Positions 61,130-64,000 of a stretch of 64,000 nt of DNA are shown piece by piece. A program made the translations under genes and the position numbers. This stretch comes from Eledone cirrhosa. Its lineage: Eukaryota. The DNA lies in contig OZ024743.1 of assembly GCA_964016885.1 (NCBI GenBank), forward strand, positions 263,562,001 through 263,626,000, written 5' to 3'. Position 1 is the first letter of the stretch. Each line of letters starts with the position of its first letter. Below the pieces are notes generated by a model. The model saw only the letters and a list, made by a program, of their open reading frames with translations. It did no database searches and had not been told where the DNA came from.

Positions 61130-62496
61130 ATTATAGATTTACACAGTGGTTGATTTTGTTTGTTTTCCTTCTTTAACACAAGTTAGACACGGTTTAAGAA
61201 GATCATGGCCAAGCCTGTGTGATTAATTCATGCGCAGGGATCCTCGTGTACTTAAGACCTTCCATCAATTTACATCTATCAAATTTTACTTATATGTAAC
61301 TTGGACGACTCTTAACCATAGTAGAAGATATTTGTTTAGGTGGTCACACAATGATGTCGAACAGTGAACTTCGCACTTGCAAAGCGAACGTTTTTAGAAT
61401 GTTTTTAGACCAACCCTCACCCATCTTATCCAGTCAATCATATGCAAAGAAAATAAGAACTATCAGATTGACAAAAAAGCTGTGCTAATATCCTTGGTGT
61501 GCATTATGTATTTGTTATGATATTTTCCTTGTAGAATACCAACAGGATTTCCCGTGTTTTACAAGTTTTATTTTTAAAAATAGTTCATCTTGTTGACTTA
61601 CTAACTTCTGATATAGTAAGCGCGATAAAGTATTAAAGTATGTGTGTGTATCTGAGAGAGAGTGGAGGTGAGAAAAAGAAAGAAAGAATAAAAGAATATC
61701 TCCTCTGCTAGAGAGTTATATTTATCTATATCGAAAGGCAATGATAGCTTCAGCTGGGTTTGAACTCAGTGCGTAGAGCCTTGGAAAAATACTATACAGC
61801 CATTTATTCGATGCAGTTAAGACTGTACTAATTCACAGAAAATCTCATACATAAAGTTTCTTTTCTCCTAATTTATTTTGAGAATGTACTAAGTTACTGT
61901 ATTTAATAGGCGGGTGGGTTGGGTGGTGACTTTCATAATCTTTAGAAACATATTGTGAGTTGAAATGAATTCAACCAAGAATTAAAACCTTAAAATGATC
62001 TCGACTTACTGAACGTTTATCTCCTGCTTTATGGCACTCCACTCACTTAAATGTCGACTAAGTAGATTTATTAAATTAATGTTTATCGTAAACATTTGTA
62101 ACATACTGACTTCAGTGTAATGAAGATCATTCAACCCTTACTACATACATTCAAATTTCACCAAAACACGCATACGTATCTATCTATTTATACACACATG
62201 CATATTTAATGTAGAGAGTTCACCTCTTTCCACATTTATACACTAACATATATTCACTCACACACACACTCACCCCTCACAGATATATCTTTATAGACAA
62301 AGAAAAGACAAAACAAATAAACAATTACTTTGGTTATTAATATATTAGTGAAGTCAACAATCAATAAAGCGTCGAGACGAAATATCTTTCTGTCTTAAAT
62401 TGTGTCTGTTTACGGTATGGGTTCAACACCTTTCGGCGAAGATTGTGCCAAGTCGTCTACGGACTGGTCGATTCAATCGACTTTGCAATATGACAT

Positions 62497-62640
62497 AAGA
62501 CGGTGAAGTGGCAGAGCCGTTAGAACATTCTGGCTTTCTACGCTGGGAGTTCAAATTCCGTCGAGGCCAACTTTGCATTTCCTCTTCTCGAGGTCGACAA
62601 AAAAAAAATATCAGTCTAATACTGGGATTGATTCTTCCTC
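62497..62640 (+). mobile_element. Diverged SINE family A
   Basis: GACGGTGAAGTGGCAGAGCCGTTAG..GAGTTCAAATTCCGTCGAGGCCAACTTTGC..GGTCGAC. Confidence 0.65.
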
Positions 62641-62935
62641 TTTATCTCTTTCAAATTTCCCCTCTATCTGTCTTTTGTTTTCTCTTGAAGAAATTGGCTG
62701 TGCTCAAACCACGAGAGGGGATTGGTTCCGTCAGGTTTAAAATGCTCAGGAAACGCCGAGTGTTACAAGAGCGCTCTATGATTCCACCTGTCGATAAAGT
62801 ATATGACACGCGAACTATGTTGACGTTTGAGCTAACGAGATAGACTCTATGTAACTAATCATATGATTGTCTAGAAATCGCTGAATATACATTTCAAATC
62901 TTATTCTACTGTTTTAAGAATGTAAGAAAACATTA

Positions 62936-63117
62936 CAGACCTGCCAACCTCTAAAAGCCCCCCCCCCAAAGTGCCGCCAAAACGGGGAGAAATGAGGCAA
63001 AATGGGGAGACTTTACATAATGACAAACAGCTATACCCATTTTCACAAGAGAATACATCCCTCACCCATCCTAAAGCGGTAGATCTCCCCGGGGGACGGG
63101 GAGAGTTTACAGGTATG
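62936..63117. mobile_element. MITE-like element (hAT-like TIRs)
   Basis: CAGACCTGCCAACCTCT at the left end versus revcomp CATACCTGTAAACTCTCC at the right end; no clean 8-bp TSD. Confidence 0.4.
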
Positions 63118-63787
63118 ACATCAGATAACGTAGTCCTTTAGAGAAATTATGTAAGAAAAAATAGGTTGTCATGGGTGGAGCTCCTCATTGTAACACGAGG
63201 TGACTTTTATTATATTAGTTCTTGATTTTATTGATGACTTTCTCTCGGGATAGACCAACATATCGACATTTGACTCTATAGCCTTCTTCTCACCTATCTA
63301 TGAACCCCTGAAATGACTTAGGAGCTGCCCTTTAAGACGGCAATTTCTGATGTAAAGGAAACTTGGATGCTATTTCTTGTAGTCGAACGTAGACCTAAAG
63401 TCACAAAGTTTGATCCCACTGTACACTATGCAATATACTACTGATACCAAGTGACTTTGTTAAACGATAGATACTATTTAGTACAGGTTCGTTGCAAGTA
63501 GATTGTCATATATTTCTTAATAGATGTCTGTTGGCACGACAGAGATGAAGTGTCATTTTCGGTCAGAAAACTTTATGAAACTAAACTGTTTTGCTACACT
63601 CAGTAGTTATTTACTAACATAAACTTTTAGTAGATTCTACATTTCTTTTCAACTGTTGCCAATATTTTCAAATCAATTTGAGATAAACACAGATAATAGG
63701 GAGGGCCGGGCATAGAAAAGTGTACTTTCTTCAAATGAGATCAGAAAGAGACAGAGAGGAGGCAACTACAGAATCAGCCTATAATTG

Positions 63788-63843
<56 letters not shown>

Positions 63844-64000
63844 ATGAAAACAGAGATACATAAAAAGACAATTACTAAGAGGGGGAGAAAATGAGAGTGA
63901 GAGGGAAGAAGGACAATATCGGAAAGATCCAGAATGAAAATAGATATAGAAAATTTAGTGGAATTTAGATTTGCGTAGGAGTAGAGGCTGAAGAAGATAG

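Overview
Eukaryotic, AT-rich, microsatellite-dense genomic DNA; the SINE families and repeat landscape suggest a cephalopod such as Octopus (inference). Bases 1-~28010 are one 33-bp minisatellite array (consensus GATTATGGTAATGATGACA(G/A)C(G/A)ACAATGATG(T/A)G) that grades into a degenerate (GAT)n tract. Its giant Asp-rich or Met/Ile-rich ORFs are most likely artefacts. The remaining 36 kb holds many tRNA-derived SINEs, CRE-clade and Tx1-like LINE remnants, MITE-like and solo-LTR-like elements, and a decayed Penelope-like element (GIY-YIG endonuclease) arranged as a ~2-kb inverted dimer. The main hidden signal is about ten type I hammerhead-ribozyme-like motifs from about seven unrelated sequence families within ~20 kb (30.4-50.2 kb). 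They lie in short elements next to (TA)n, and several of these elements are tail-out fold-backs. One family carries a non-canonical core (U3:A8 plus A13C) in all three copies. A CCAAT/ACTACAA promoter-like region at ~45 kb precedes four phase-compatible minus-strand candidate exons that would encode a 57-aa protein with two CxxC motifs. All calls were made by eye; no searches were run.
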